A DNA stretch of 64,000 nt from Saprolegnia diclina VS20 (taxonomy: Eukaryota), in contig NW_008246103.1 of NCBI RefSeq assembly GCF_000281045.1, positions 88,582-152,581 of the forward strand. The letters are read 5' to 3'. The position numbers were made by a program, and so were the translations under genes. Positions 32,692 to 44,917 of the stretch are shown here, one piece after another. The number at the start of each line of letters is the position of its first letter. Position 1 is the first letter of the stretch. The notes under the pieces were generated by a model that was given only the letters and a program-made list of their open reading frames with translations, was not told the origin of the DNA and made no database searches.

Positions 32692-33284
32692 GACTAACGT
32701 AAACGAGCCGTCTTGGTATTACTCGAGTCGCCTTGCTTGCACCGTTGGACTCGGAATGCAGGCAAAGACCCTGCGAAGACACTGGAACTGATCCGGTTAA
32801 GGTGGCTACGCAAGTGGTCAGCGCAGGCACGTGCGCGTTGAAGGATGCGCGCCCATGGCTCGAGGTATAAACATCTCTTAGTACACAGTATGCCAGCGAG
32901 CATGACACCTCACTCATATATTTCTTGCCACCATCCACCCGAATCAAAGTGCACGTGGCGTTCGGCCATCGGCGGTAGCGAAAGCAGGTGCATGTGGTCA
33001 GCGCCACGCCTGCCACGTCACACCTCGTCCGAACACCTTTAGCACCTTTAGCACCGCGCCCCCGCATGTTTGTCTCGAGCATCCCAATGTCGAGGCGCTC
33101 GTAACGTCAAGGGCAAGGAGCGTAGCGTTCGAATAATGAATTCCACGAGGCGGCACTTCGTTCAACGACGACGTGGTTCCCGCCATCTACCATCATTCCA
33201 TTTCGACATGCCGGCGCGAATGATGGTCCATTAAGCCCCTGTCCGTGATCATGAGTCCACATTTCAATATTGACATCCACACGA

Positions 33285-33878
33285 ATGACACACTCGACGA
33301 CAACCTGCTTCTTCCTCGACTGCCACCAGCCCGCGCTGCCAGGTCTCAACAAATGCGCCATGCACAAGAACAAACTCAAGTGCTCGATGGACGGCTGCAC
33401 CAACCAGGTTTACGCGCGGTACCTCTGTGTGCGGCATGGCGGCAAGAAGCAGTGCCAAGCCGACGGCTGCGACGTCGCCGTGAGCCGCGGTTCGTTTTGC
33501 GTCGATCATGGTGGCGCCCTCGCCAAGCGCTATTGCACCGAACCCGGCTGCGATCGGCAAGCGCACGCGCGTTACAAGTGCGTGCGCCACGGCGGTGGCC
33601 GGCGCTGCAAAGTCGACGGGTGCCTCCTCCGAGCGCGGTCGAGTGGGCACTGTAAATCGCACGGCGGCGAGAGCCCAAAGGCGACACCGACCCGGAAAGA
33701 GAGCGGCGACGACGACGACATCTTTTTGGACCTACCCGACTTGATGGACCTCTCTGCCTCTGAGGATGACCCGATGCTCGCCTCGACACTCGATGACGCG
33801 ATCGACGAGTCGATCTGGAGCGCGCTCTGTGACTCCCTTGCCTCGAGCAGTGTCACTTGGAGTACCACCATGCTGTAG
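33285..33878 (+). CDS. WRKY19-like zinc-finger repeat protein, copy 5
   Basis: MTHSTTTCFFLDC..., same five fingers. Confidence 0.85.
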   Translation: MTHSTTTCFFLDCHQPALPGLNKCAMHKNKLKCSMDGCTNQVYARYLCVRHGGKKQCQADGCDVAVSRGSFCVDHGGALAKRYCTEPGCDRQAHARYKCVRHGGGRRCKVDGCLLRARSSGHCKSHGGESPKATPTRKESGDDDDIFLDLPDLMDLSASEDDPMLASTLDDAIDESIWSALCDSLASSSVTWSTTML

Positions 33879-34319
33879 CCCCTAGTTTGCTAAACTGACA
33901 ATCAACTCGTTTATCTATTGCATGCATGGCTGCAATGCGCAGAGCGATACTTTGGCGCTTGGTGCCACAAGCGATTCCCGCATTTCTGCAGATATGCGTG
34001 CCAGACGCTGTGCTTTGAATGACATGCGAGTATGTCCTCGAAAATCGACAACTTCAGCAACCGCAACAAAGCCGAAGCGCTGGGCTATTGCTTCAATTGT
34101 ACTCCGCGATGTGGGCTGCGAAGATGCACGATCTGGCGTCAAGGTTACCACGGCCCCGGTTGCTTAAACGCTGGTACAAAACTTGGCCTTGCTTTCACCT
34201 ACAGTGCGAATCGACTAATTCTGGAGTGGGTTCACTTAGACGCGAACTAGACTAGCAGTCGAGTGCGGCTGATGCCCAAAACTCGCTCGAGTCCTTGTGT
34301 CGAGATTTCTTTGGTTCAA

Positions 34320-34340
34320 TGGGTGGTGTTGAAAAACACC
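34320..34340 (-). promoter_or_regulatory. Histone 3' stem-loop (H3)
   Basis: Minus strand GGTGTT-TTTC-AACACC-ACCCA, 38 nt after the stop. Confidence 0.85.
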
Positions 34341-34378
34341 AGTGTTGTGAGGTACTATGTTACATAGCGACCGAGGAC

Positions 34379-35400
<1,022 letters not shown>

Positions 35401-35450
35401 ATCCGCGTTGCCTTACGAGTGCAAATTCAGACTTCGGTCTCTCTACATCT

Positions 35451-35471
35451 GGTGTTTCTAAACACCACCCA
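35451..35471 (+). promoter_or_regulatory. Histone 3' stem-loop (H4)
   Basis: GGTGTT-TCTA-AACACC-ACCCA, 50 nt after the stop. Confidence 0.85.
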
Positions 35472-36455
35472 TCCCTCTAAGAAAGAGCTCTATAGAATAG
35501 TGGCCCAAATCTGGCTAGACCCAGACATCTAGCAGATAGCGAATCTCACTCCGAATACACAGCTGCAAAATCTGGTTCTAGTCGCCAATTTGTCAACAAG
35601 AGGAATCCAGTCAGGCTGCGCAGGTCTCTTGCGCTGTCAAGGGGTCAGTTCCGACGGAGCTTACGTGGTGTAGCCAGAAGAACAGGTTGCCGTGGCTATG
35701 ATGCCGGCGGCACTGCATGAACAAAGCTGTTGTTGCTAACGTCTCTAGCTTCGTCATCCCCCCGGGTGGTACCAAAACAGCACCATGACAGAACCACAAT
35801 CGGGCTGTTCGTCAATTCTCATGAGCAACACCACATGCTCAGCTTCGGAAGCATTATCCGACTGAAGAAGCGTTCCGAGAAGGCTTCCCTGCTCATGACG
35901 GGCGCGTGTTAATGGGTGGCGTCCATGGGTGGCTCGTGTGGGAAGCAGTGGTGGGCCTTTCCTGCCAGACGTCGTTGAGGCGGAGGTGGAGTGCAAGTAG
36001 CCGACGCACGCTCAATCCCTTTAAGATCCACCCCCACCGGGCTGGGGACCCTCTAAAAGGTTCGCTTGACGGTACGTATCAAGTTCAAAGCCATTTGTGT
36101 ACCGGTAGAGGATAGCCAACGTAGTTTCTCTCATCAATGTCCTGCATGCCATGCCACCAAGTAGATATTGTTGCTATGCTGCAACACCTCGGAAGCGTCG
36201 TCGTTGTTCGTATGCAGCTTCAAGAGACCCTTCGGCACGCTCGAATCTTATTAGGGTGGACCCCCCAATACGTGTCTCAGGAAGTTGAACCAATCGCTGA
36301 CGCCAGCGGCTGGTCAGCTTCGCGACTGGGCATTTCCCGACTTGAATGTCCGAGCGCATTTGACTTGCCGACCCTGATTGATTCGCCTGCCGAGGTCGTC
36401 GCCAGGCTGTCTTCCTACCCCATACGCCACACAAGTAGCAGCACGGAAGAGCGCC

Positions 36456-38193
36456 ATGGAGATGCCCAAGAAGGAGCTCACGCCGCTCCTCAAGATCACG
36501 CCGCCGCGCTACAACGCCAAGATCCCAAACTTCTCGCCGCTCGCAGAGATCCATACGAGCTCGTCGTCGCCGCAATCGGCGCAACCAGCGCACACCGAGC
36601 TCTACTTAAGCACAGAAAGCGTGGCCTTTGCCTTCCAGCCGCGCCAGCCAATCAAGCAGCCGAGCCCAAGTCCGTCGCTCGTTTCGAGCTCGCCCTTGTC
36701 GTCGCCAGCGTCCGACGTTGTCATTGAAGACGAGTGCTTGTCGATCTTGGACCCGTACTTTGACGTGACGCCGTCGCGCCTGCACTTGGCGTTTGACGAA
36801 GCGGACCCGGACAACTCGGGCGTCTTGAGCCGCGACGGACTGCGCCATGGCCTCGAGAGTCTAGGCATCCGGTGCGCCGACGCGCCCGCGATCGTTGACG
36901 CGCTCCTCTCGTTCGTCAAGGAGCCATTGTCGCGCTCGGTCTTTGAGGACATTGTGCAAAAGCTCAAGCTCGGCAATCTCTTTGACGAGCAAACGGTCGC
37001 GCTCTTCACCGACTCGGTGTACGCACCGGCGCGGATCGAAGTCGTCGATTTCTCGTCGACGCGCCTCTCGCACTACAAGCCCGAGCTCCGGTCCTTCTTT
37101 ATGAACGACCGCGCGCCGTGGGCGTCCTGTCGCTGGATCAACGTCCAGGGCCACGACCACTTGAATCTCAAGCGGCTCGCGATCAAGTACCGGCTGCACC
37201 CGCTCGCAATGGAAGACACGATCGAGCTCAACGAGCGGCCGAAATTCGACTCGTACGAGACCCACCGGTTTGTCATTTTTCCGGTGCTGCGCCAAACAAT
37301 CCGGTTTCCGCGTAGGTTGCTGGCCTCTAGTCTCAGGACTCATTATGCTTGTAGAGGAGACCACGCACGAAGCGCCTATTGACGACAGCTGGTGGAGCTA
37401 CCTCATGGGCACGTCGTCCCCGTCGACGCCGGCCATGGCAGCGTACGAATTCCAGCTCGCGATCGAACACGTTTCGATCTTTGTTGTCGATGACGACACG
37501 CTCATCACCGTCAAGCCGACGCGGCCCAACGACATTTGGCGCACGGTCCACCGGCGCTTGGCGTCGACGTACTCGAAAGTGCGGCACAACGGCGCCAACT
37601 TTCTCTTCTACACGGTCCTCGACGTCATTGTCGACGACATGACCAACGCAATGGACCAAGTCCGGCAGTACCTCATGCACTTGGACCGCGAACTCGCGCG
37701 CTTGTTGCATAATTTTGACATCGGTGTCCTTCGGGATGTGCAAATCGAACTCGCGCAGCTCCCGCGCGTCATCAAGCCGACGCGCGACGTACTCAAGAGC
37801 GTGTTGGAAAGCCCCGAGCTCCCCGAGACGACCAAGGCGTACTTTCGCGACGTCCACGACCACACCAACCATATTCTCGATGAGATCGAGTGGCAGTCGC
37901 AAATGTGCCGGGGCATGATCGAAGAGTACCGCGACGCCAAGTCGACGCAGACCAACTACGTCATGTACACACTCACGATCGTCACGACGGTCTTCCTCCC
38001 CGCCCAGTTTCTCACGGGCGTCTACGGCATGAATTTTGGTACGACGGCCCCACGTCCGAATATGCTAATGTTGCGGTGCGTAGACTATATGCCCGAGCTC
38101 CACTCGCGCTACGGGTACCTCGTGTTTTGGGGCCTCATCCTCTTCATCACGATCACGCTGCGCTTTTACTTTCGCCTCAAGCAATGGGTCTGA
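36456..38193 (+). CDS. corA: CorA-family Mg2+ transporter with N-terminal EF-hand-like region (2 introns)
   Basis: RWINVQG, LHPLAMED, RPKFDSY, YFRDVHDH, LTIVTTVFLP..TGVYGMNF/DYMPEL (GMN motif). Confidence 0.93.
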
Positions 38194-38494
38194 CCCATCG
38201 ACCCTTTACTTTTAGTACATGCGGCCAGTAGATAAAATGACTAACAAAAATACTAGATTGATACCCCCTGTATCTAACCGCGTAATCCCCGTCGTTGTCT
38301 GCACCGCTGCAAGGTATATCGATAGGAGGGATGATAATGGCAAGTCTTGGTTATGAGAAAGTGGAGGCATGACGGCCTCCGAACACGGAGGGGCAGCGAA
38401 ACCCGCAGCACTTGGCTGCTAAGAACGTCAATCCGCCAAGATCGTCCGGAAGAATGCTACAGCGTATCCGTAGTCTGGCAGTCGGAAGAGCGCA

Positions 38495-39268
38495 ATGCTG
38501 GCCGCGTCCTCGTTGCCGACGCTCTGCTATGCGTGGATCGCGGTCGCACTCGTCACGTACGTGCTGCTTCAGTTTGTGACGGCGCCGTTCGGTCGACACA
38601 CGTCCACTGCATGGGGCCCTGTGCTCAACAACAAGGTCGGCTGGTGCCTCATGGAGCTGCCGTCGCTGCTCATCATGGGCGGCTGCGCGTGGCGCGAGTA
38701 CTACGTGGACGCCCGCCCGTCGTCCTCATATGCGTGGGTGCTCTACACGCTCTGGGTCGCCCACTACGCGAACCGGTCGATCATCTACCCGCTGCGCATC
38801 GCGGCCACCCCCAAGCCGATGCCGGTCCTTATCGTCCTCTGCGCGTGTGGCTTCAACCTCGTCAACGCGGGGCTCAACGGCGCGTACTTGCTGCATGCCA
38901 GCGCCGCGTACGATGCGTCCTGGCTTGTCTCTCCGAGCACGGTTTTGGGTCTCTTGCTCTTTCTTGCTGGCATGGCCATCAACTGCATCTGTGACACGAT
39001 GCTCATCCGCCTCCGCAAGCCGAATGAAACCGGGTACAAGATCCCCCGTGGCTTCCTCTTTGAGCGCATCTCGTGCCCGAACCTCTTGGGCGAGTGCATC
39101 GAGTGGGCGGGCTTTGGCCTCATGGCGTGGAACCCCGCGGCGACGACCTTTGTGCTCTGGACCGCCGCGAACTTGGTGCCCCGCGCCGCGAGTCACCACG
39201 CATGGTACCAGTCGCACTTCAAGGACTACCCTCGCACGCGCAAGGCTATCGTCCCGTTCCTCTACTAG
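38495..39268 (+). CDS. Steroid 5-alpha-reductase / DET2 family
   Basis: APFGRH, GWCLMELPS, HYANRS, LRKPNETGYKIPRGFLFERISCPNLLGECIEW, NLVPRA..HHAWY, YPRTRKAIVPF. Confidence 0.95.
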   Translation: MLAASSLPTLCYAWIAVALVTYVLLQFVTAPFGRHTSTAWGPVLNNKVGWCLMELPSLLIMGGCAWREYYVDARPSSSYAWVLYTLWVAHYANRSIIYPLRIAATPKPMPVLIVLCACGFNLVNAGLNGAYLLHASAAYDASWLVSPSTVLGLLLFLAGMAINCICDTMLIRLRKPNETGYKIPRGFLFERISCPNLLGECIEWAGFGLMAWNPAATTFVLWTAANLVPRAASHHAWYQSHFKDYPRTRKAIVPFLY

Positions 39269-39340
39269 TCCAAGGCCAAGTATATTCTCTCGGATATGGT
39301 TGACACATTGACGTAAAGACGAGATGAATTTCCTGTAAAT

Positions 39341-39361
39341 AGGGTGGTGTTGAAGAACACC
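39341..39361 (-). promoter_or_regulatory. Histone 3' stem-loop (H2B)
   Basis: Minus strand GGTGTT-CTTC-AACACC-ACCCT, 43 nt after the stop. Confidence 0.85.
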
Positions 39362-39404
39362 AAATGAAAATGAGTGCTCGCTACATACATCGCAGGGCGC
39401 GAAT

Positions 39405-39764
39405 CTACGCCGACGACGTGAACTTGGTCACGGCCTTCGTGCCCTCCGAGACAGCGTGCTTGGCGAGCTCGCCGGGGAGCATGAGGCGGACAGCAGTCTG
39501 GATCTCACGCGACGACAAGGTCGACTTCTTGTTGTAGCGCGAGAGCTTGCCGGCCTCGGACGCAATGCGCTCGAAGATGTCGTTGATGAACGAGTTCATG
39601 ATCGACATGCCACGCTTGGAGATACCGGTCTCCGGGTGGACCTGCTTGAGGACCTTGTAGATGTACGTCGAGTACGACTCGACGCGCTTGCCCTTCTTGG
39701 CCTTGCCCTTCTCGCCCGTCTTCTTCGGGGCCTTGGCGGACTTCTTGCTCGGGGTCTTGGCCAT
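39405..39764 (-). CDS. H2B: Histone H2B
   Basis: [21 protein letters not shown]...[17 protein letters not shown]. Confidence 0.99.
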   Translation of the reverse strand: MAKTPSKKSAKAPKKTGEKGKAKKGKRVESYSTYIYKVLKQVHPETGISKRGMSIMNSFINDIFERIASEAGKLSRYNKKSTLSSREIQTAVRLMLPGELAKHAVSEGTKAVTKFTSSA

Positions 39765-40036
39765 CTTGGTTGCTTGGAATGCAAATTCGAAAATGGGATT
39801 CCGTGGCGCAGCGATGGCCGTGTCGCAAGGATCCGCCGTGGCGCGAAATGGCTCCCGCGGATTGGCTTGCTTTGAATCCGCATCCATGATTGGCTATGAA
39901 GGTTGATCACAACTTTTGATTGGTTTCATTGTGGCGGCACGGATCAGGATTGGTGGAATATTTCTGGCAGCGGTGGCGAAGATCGACGGCGGCAACGTGA
40001 CATATTTCAATTTCCAGCTTCCAAGCAACAACCAAC
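39765..40036. promoter_or_regulatory. Bidirectional H2B/H2A promoter
   Basis: Four GATTGG (reverse CCAAT) boxes spaced about 29 bp apart. Confidence 0.7.
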
Positions 40037-40444
40037 ATGTCGGGCAAGGGTAAGGCTACGGGCGGTCGCGGTGCCAAGGGCAAGGCGTCGTCGCGCTCGT
40101 CCAAGGCGGGTCTCCAGTTCCCCGTCGGTCGTGTTGCTCGCTTCCTCAAGAAGGGCCGCTTCGCCCAGCGCATTGGTGGCGGCGCGCCTGTCTACCTCGC
40201 TGCGGTCCTCGAGTACCTCTGCGCCGAGATCTTGGAGCTTGCTGGTAACGCTGCGCGCGACAACAAGAAGTCGCGTATCATCCCGCGCCACATCCAGCTC
40301 GCGGTGCGCAACGATGAAGAGCTCAACAAGCTCCTTGGCGACGTGACGATCGCGTCCGGTGGTGTCCTCCCCAACATCCACAATATTCTCCTTCCCAAGA
40401 AGTCGTCGCTCCCGACCAAGGAAGCCAAGGCCCCGAAGGCGTAA
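40037..40444 (+). CDS. H2A: Histone H2A
   Basis: [47 protein letters not shown]; no C-terminal SQ(E/D) motif. Confidence 0.99.
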   Translation: MSGKGKATGGRGAKGKASSRSSKAGLQFPVGRVARFLKKGRFAQRIGGGAPVYLAAVLEYLCAEILELAGNAARDNKKSRIIPRHIQLAVRNDEELNKLLGDVTIASGGVLPNIHNILLPKKSSLPTKEAKAPKA

Positions 40445-41579
40445 GCTTCTGCGCGCATGTGTCTCTACATTTCGCTCTACACGCTTATATTTAATCATTT
40501 CGTCCTGCACACCTGTCTTATGAAGGCTCAACCGCCATGAGTCGGCATTTTAAATTCACTCCACCCTCTCTCGACGAACGAGGTCCACGATAGGATACGA
40601 TCATGGTCGAACTAGAGCTCCAACTCGTCTTGCCGGAAGGCTCGCAATAGAAGCCTCTCGCATGCCTATGACCCAAGAGAGAAGCGCAGAGCCTCACATA
40701 GCCCACACGGTCTGAAGGCCTCGTAGCGGATACGACAAACTTGCGTCGAGTTCGTCGTCGAGCTGGCGAGGCAAAGGTGTGCAGGCCACAAAGCGGTGTC
40801 CGATGGCCCGATGTACTCACCCTCCGCGCGACTCGCTGGGACGTCGAACGGTCTGCAACGCGTGTGACAAAACCTCATGATCGTTCACTAGACAAAGTCG
40901 CTTGGGACTGTCGCTGTTTCAAGGTGCGGGGCGAGTGGCTGTTGAAAGCTCTCGCGTTGGTGGCTGCAACTGTCCACAATGCCGCAGAGCAGCAGTTCAC
41001 CTGCACAGACACGTCGGAAGAACGTACCCGATGTGCATGCACTGCCGCGTCTCTTCGCTTCGACGGGCCACATGTAACGAACCGAGCAACTGCTGTTGAC
41101 ACTGGTCTACTTGGTTGCTCAGCTTTTTGTCGCTACTAGTATGCAACTCACATAATATGGGTCGAAATGAGCGGCTCCGATGAGTTTATTCGGGTGGAGG
41201 CGCAAACACGGCCCCATCGTCCAAAGATCCATTTGACAATTGCGTCGTCATGGAATGTGTGGCGCAGAGGCTTTTGCGATATTAGTATCGGGACATGTGG
41301 AAAGCACTCGACGGGCAGAGCATATCGATCCATCAATTGAAGCAGTCAACTATTGCATATCACATACGTACCGGCTGGTAAATGGCGTCGTTGCCCAAGG
41401 GTGTGGCGCTGGGTGTGGCGTGTTCGAACGGCCTGCCAGGTTCGTTTCTGGTCGGCTTCGCGTACCGAGGCAATCCACCATGTCAAGAAAGCAATTGTTG
41501 ACTAGCACATTGCGCCGGCACCGTTTTGCCCTGTGGCGGTTGACCTCATTGTCCATTTTCCCTGCCACCGACGACAACC

Positions 41580-43817
41580 ATGGCCGACTTTGCCGTTGTC
41601 AAAACCCCGCAGTTCGACAACGAGACGCCAACACCGACACGGACGTCGTCGACTGCGCTACTGCTGCGACTCCTCGTGCTTCTCTGCCTGGGCATCTACA
41701 TCTTTGGCAACATTGCGACGTGGGCGCCGCTCTTCGAATTGCAGCTCATCAACACCATGACCGAGTGGTGGAACGGCTACCCCAACAACGGCGGCTCCGT
41801 CGTCGCGGGCCACCACTCCAAGATCATCGACACGGGCATCGGGCGCAACATTACGATTTCGGGCCACACGGAGTTTGTGCGACCGACGTTCCTCTTTCTG
41901 TTTTGCATCTTGCCCTTCTTTGTCGGCCTCCTCCTCATCGAAGCCCTCGGCCACCCCGCGCTCGCCCCTCGTCGTGCCACGTCGTCGGCGTTTTGGCGCG
42001 TCGCCCAATGGATGCGCCGCAAACCGTCGCTCTTTGGTAGCGTGTCCCGCTATAGCCTTGGCGAGTGGCTCTTTGGTGTCGTCTTTGTCATTGGCGGCAA
42101 CGTTCTCTGCTTCTACTACGAGTGGGACCGGCGCGTGGACCTCGCCAAGGCGGCGGCGGTCTCCGGCAAGATCAGCACGACCAAGTACTGGAACATGGTC
42201 GGCATCAGTGCGGCGTACCTCTGCATCTACAACATGGCGTTTCTGCTCCTCCCTGTCTCGCGCAACTCGGCGTGGATGGAGTTTATGAACATTTCGTACG
42301 CCAACGGCGCCAGGCTGCACCGCTGGGTGGGCTACATGACCGTTTTGACCGGCGTTCTGCACACGGGCGGCTACTGGGGCAAGTGGGTCCGCGACGGCAC
42401 GTGGATCGCCAACCAATCGCCGTGCATTGAGTGCGACTTTACGAACGAGACGACGGGGTATTTTGCGTGGTTCAACTTTTTCGGGCTCGTCTCGATTGTC
42501 GCGATGCTGCTCATGATCCCGACGTCGATCCCGATCGTGCGTCGAAAGGCGTACGAGTGGTTCTATATCTCGCACTGGGTGCTCTTTGTCATTGCGCTCT
42601 TTTTTGCAATTCTCCACTGGACGCAGATCCTGTGGTGGATCCTCCCGTCGGGCCTCGTCTTTCTCATCGGCCGCGCGTGCTCGAGCTACAACGCCCGGTC
42701 GCCCGTGCCCGCGACCATGCGCGTCATCGGCGGAAACATTGTACAAGTTGTCCTCGCGGTGCAAAGCGACTACTTGGTCGGCCATTTTGTCTACCTCAAC
42801 GTCCCGGCCATCTCCAAGCTCCAGTGGCACGCGCTCACGGTTGCGTCGTCGGCCAAGACCTCTGGCGCCACGACAATGACGCTGCTCGTCAAGCCTGTTG
42901 GCGACTGGTCGACCAAGCTTCTCACGTATGCGAACGAGTGCGGCGACGCCCCCGTGGTGTTTGTGGACGGGTTTTGCGGCGCGGCGCTGGACCACGTCGG
43001 GGACTTTCCCATGGCCCTTCTTGTCGGCGGTGGCATTGGCGTCACTCCAATTCTCGCCGTGCTGGAAGAGATGGCGCACAACGTACATGCGACTGGTACC
43101 TGGGCGCAACGTGTCACCCTCGTCTTCTCTGCGCGCGACCTTGCTTTGTTTGAGCTCCTCGCGCCGGTTCTCACCAAGCTTCGCGAGCTCGACCCGCAGC
43201 AGACCCATTTCACATCGCACCTCTTTCTCTCGACGCTTGCCGACGACAAAGCCCTGGATGCCCCCCTCACGACATCGTCATCGGTCGCCAAGCCGCAGGG
43301 AGCGATGACCGGTCGCCCATTCCGCGCGCCACTTCAGTCGCGCACGACCCGAGCAATCCTGTATGTCGTGCTCTTTGCGGTTGCGATTCTTGCACTTGGT
43401 GCTGCACACTGGGGCAACGGACCCATTCAGGGGGCCAACCACTACGCCCTGTGGCCGCTCCAACGAGCGTTTGAGCTCGCTGTCTTCACTGCCACAATCC
43501 TCGTCGTGTACGTCTTCCTCTGGGCCGAGGCCCGCGACGCGACCCAAAACGCGACTGCGCCCGTCCCGAGCGATGACGCGCTGCCAGCCACCATCGCGAC
43601 GATCCGGGACCTCTTGTTGCACCTGGGTGTCACGGTTGGCACGCGCCCGGATGTCCACGCGCTTGTGGCCAACACCGTCGCGAAGGACTGTGCCGAGAAC
43701 GGGGTCGTGGGGGTCATCGTGTCGGGCCCTGAGAGCCTCAAGTGCGCAGTCAACGATGCGGCCGTTGCACTTGGCGCCCACCGCTTTGACATTCACGAAG
43801 AAGAGTTTGAGCTCTAA
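41580..43817 (+). CDS. Ferric reductase (FRE/NOX-like transmembrane, FAD- and NAD(P)H-binding domains), intronless
   Basis: Heme His pairs LHRWVG..LHTGGY and FYISHW..ILHW, LQWHALT, VDGFCG, LVGGGIGVTP, SGPESL, HEEEFEL. Confidence 0.92.
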   Translation: MADFAVVKTPQFDNETPTPTRTSSTALLLRLLVLLCLGIYIFGNIATWAPLFELQLINTMTEWWNGYPNNGGSVVAGHHSKIIDTGIGRNITISGHTEFVRPTFLFLFCILPFFVGLLLIEALGHPALAPRRATSSAFWRVAQWMRRKPSLFGSVSRYSLGEWLFGVVFVIGGNVLCFYYEWDRRVDLAKAAAVSGKISTTKYWNMVGISAAYLCIYNMAFLLLPVSRNSAWMEFMNISYANGARLHRWVGYMTVLTGVLHTGGYWGKWVRDGTWIANQSPCIECDFTNETTGYFAWFNFFGLVSIVAMLLMIPTSIPIVRRKAYEWFYISHWVLFVIALFFAILHWTQILWWILPSGLVFLIGRACSSYNARSPVPATMRVIGGNIVQVVLAVQSDYLVGHFVYLNVPAISKLQWHALTVASSAKTSGATTMTLLVKPVGDWSTKLLTYANECGDAPVVFVDGFCGAALDHVGDFPMALLVGGGIGVTPILAVLEEMAHNVHATGTWAQRVTLVFSARDLALFELLAPVLTKLRELDPQQTHFTSHLFLSTLADDKALDAPLTTSSSVAKPQGAMTGRPFRAPLQSRTTRAILYVVLFAVAILALGAAHWGNGPIQGANHYALWPLQRAFELAVFTATILVVYVFLWAEARDATQNATAPVPSDDALPATIATIRDLLLHLGVTVGTRPDVHALVANTVAKDCAENGVVGVIVSGPESLKCAVNDAAVALGAHRFDIHEEEFEL

Positions 43818-44917
43818 GCAGATCATTGCACATCATAGAGAACCTTGTCTATTGTTTTGTTTCAACACCTGGTCTTAGCGGCGGTTTCATGTCCGGTTTC
43901 GTGAACGGTTTCATGTCAAGGGTCATAGAGTCGTCCATGATGACGGCCGGCCAAAGCAACCACCACCACATGCTCTGAGCAAGAAACCGACAAGTCGCTC
44001 GCGCTATCCAGTCGTCATGGGTGCATCTTGAGAGGCTTCCGCGCACGTGCATTTCTAAAGCTCGTGGTGGCTTCACGCCTTGATGCCTTCAAGTGCAAGT
44101 AACCTAAATCAGTTCGAGCGCCTCGTTGCGGTCAACCGGGGGCATTGCCAAACCATCGACTCTTAGTAGCAGTTTGTCAGTGAACCAGTGCCCACCACTG
44201 CGGAGACGACGTCGCAATGTGAGAGTAGCTCGCCACCGCTCGAGATCATAAAGACGTATCCATCTCCGACTTGATGGCTTTGGATCGATGCTGTCCAGTC
44301 TCTCAACGGCTGGAGCTCGACACGGCTGCGGGGCGACCTCGAGCACATCGCTTGCCTTGTCAGCTGCACCCACCATTACTGATGCAATTTATGTGTCGAC
44401 GGACGCGTTTTCATGGGCGCAAGTCCCATCGGACCGACCACGACTCGGACCGAGCAACTACAGCCGAACCGTCCGCTTGCCGCCACTTCCACCTCCGATC
44501 CTGGTTCGGAGAATGCAGTCGCGCGGGATGTCACAGGCGCGAGATCTTGGTTTGCCAGCTGCAGCTCCAAGGCGATGGTACGACGGTCGTTATACTAGCT
44601 GTACTAGTAGTTCTATACTAGGGCGAAGGCTAGCTTGCTTGTACATGTAGTCGGCTCGCTCATCGTCACACCCACTGCATCCGTCATCGTTGGGTAAGTA
44701 ATGGCAATATTAAAATAATAATATAAATCGATTCTTTTAGCATTGTTGGCGTGTTTGTATGGGACAGTCGCATGAACCGCTGGTGCGTAAATTAATTTCG
44801 TGGAAAATTCTCGGGTGATGGGAATATTAATTTGCAGTAATATTCGAAGGCGGATTAAAATATTCTGTTTCGGCCATTGACGCTTTCACCGACGAGAGGA
44901 GCGGCGCCAGTCGCGCG

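Noticed and set aside
40600..41500. Possible genes or ncRNAs in intergenic stretches (also 35500-36400, 43850-44900)
   Set aside because: No tRNA/rRNA structure, codon bias or recognisable motif seen
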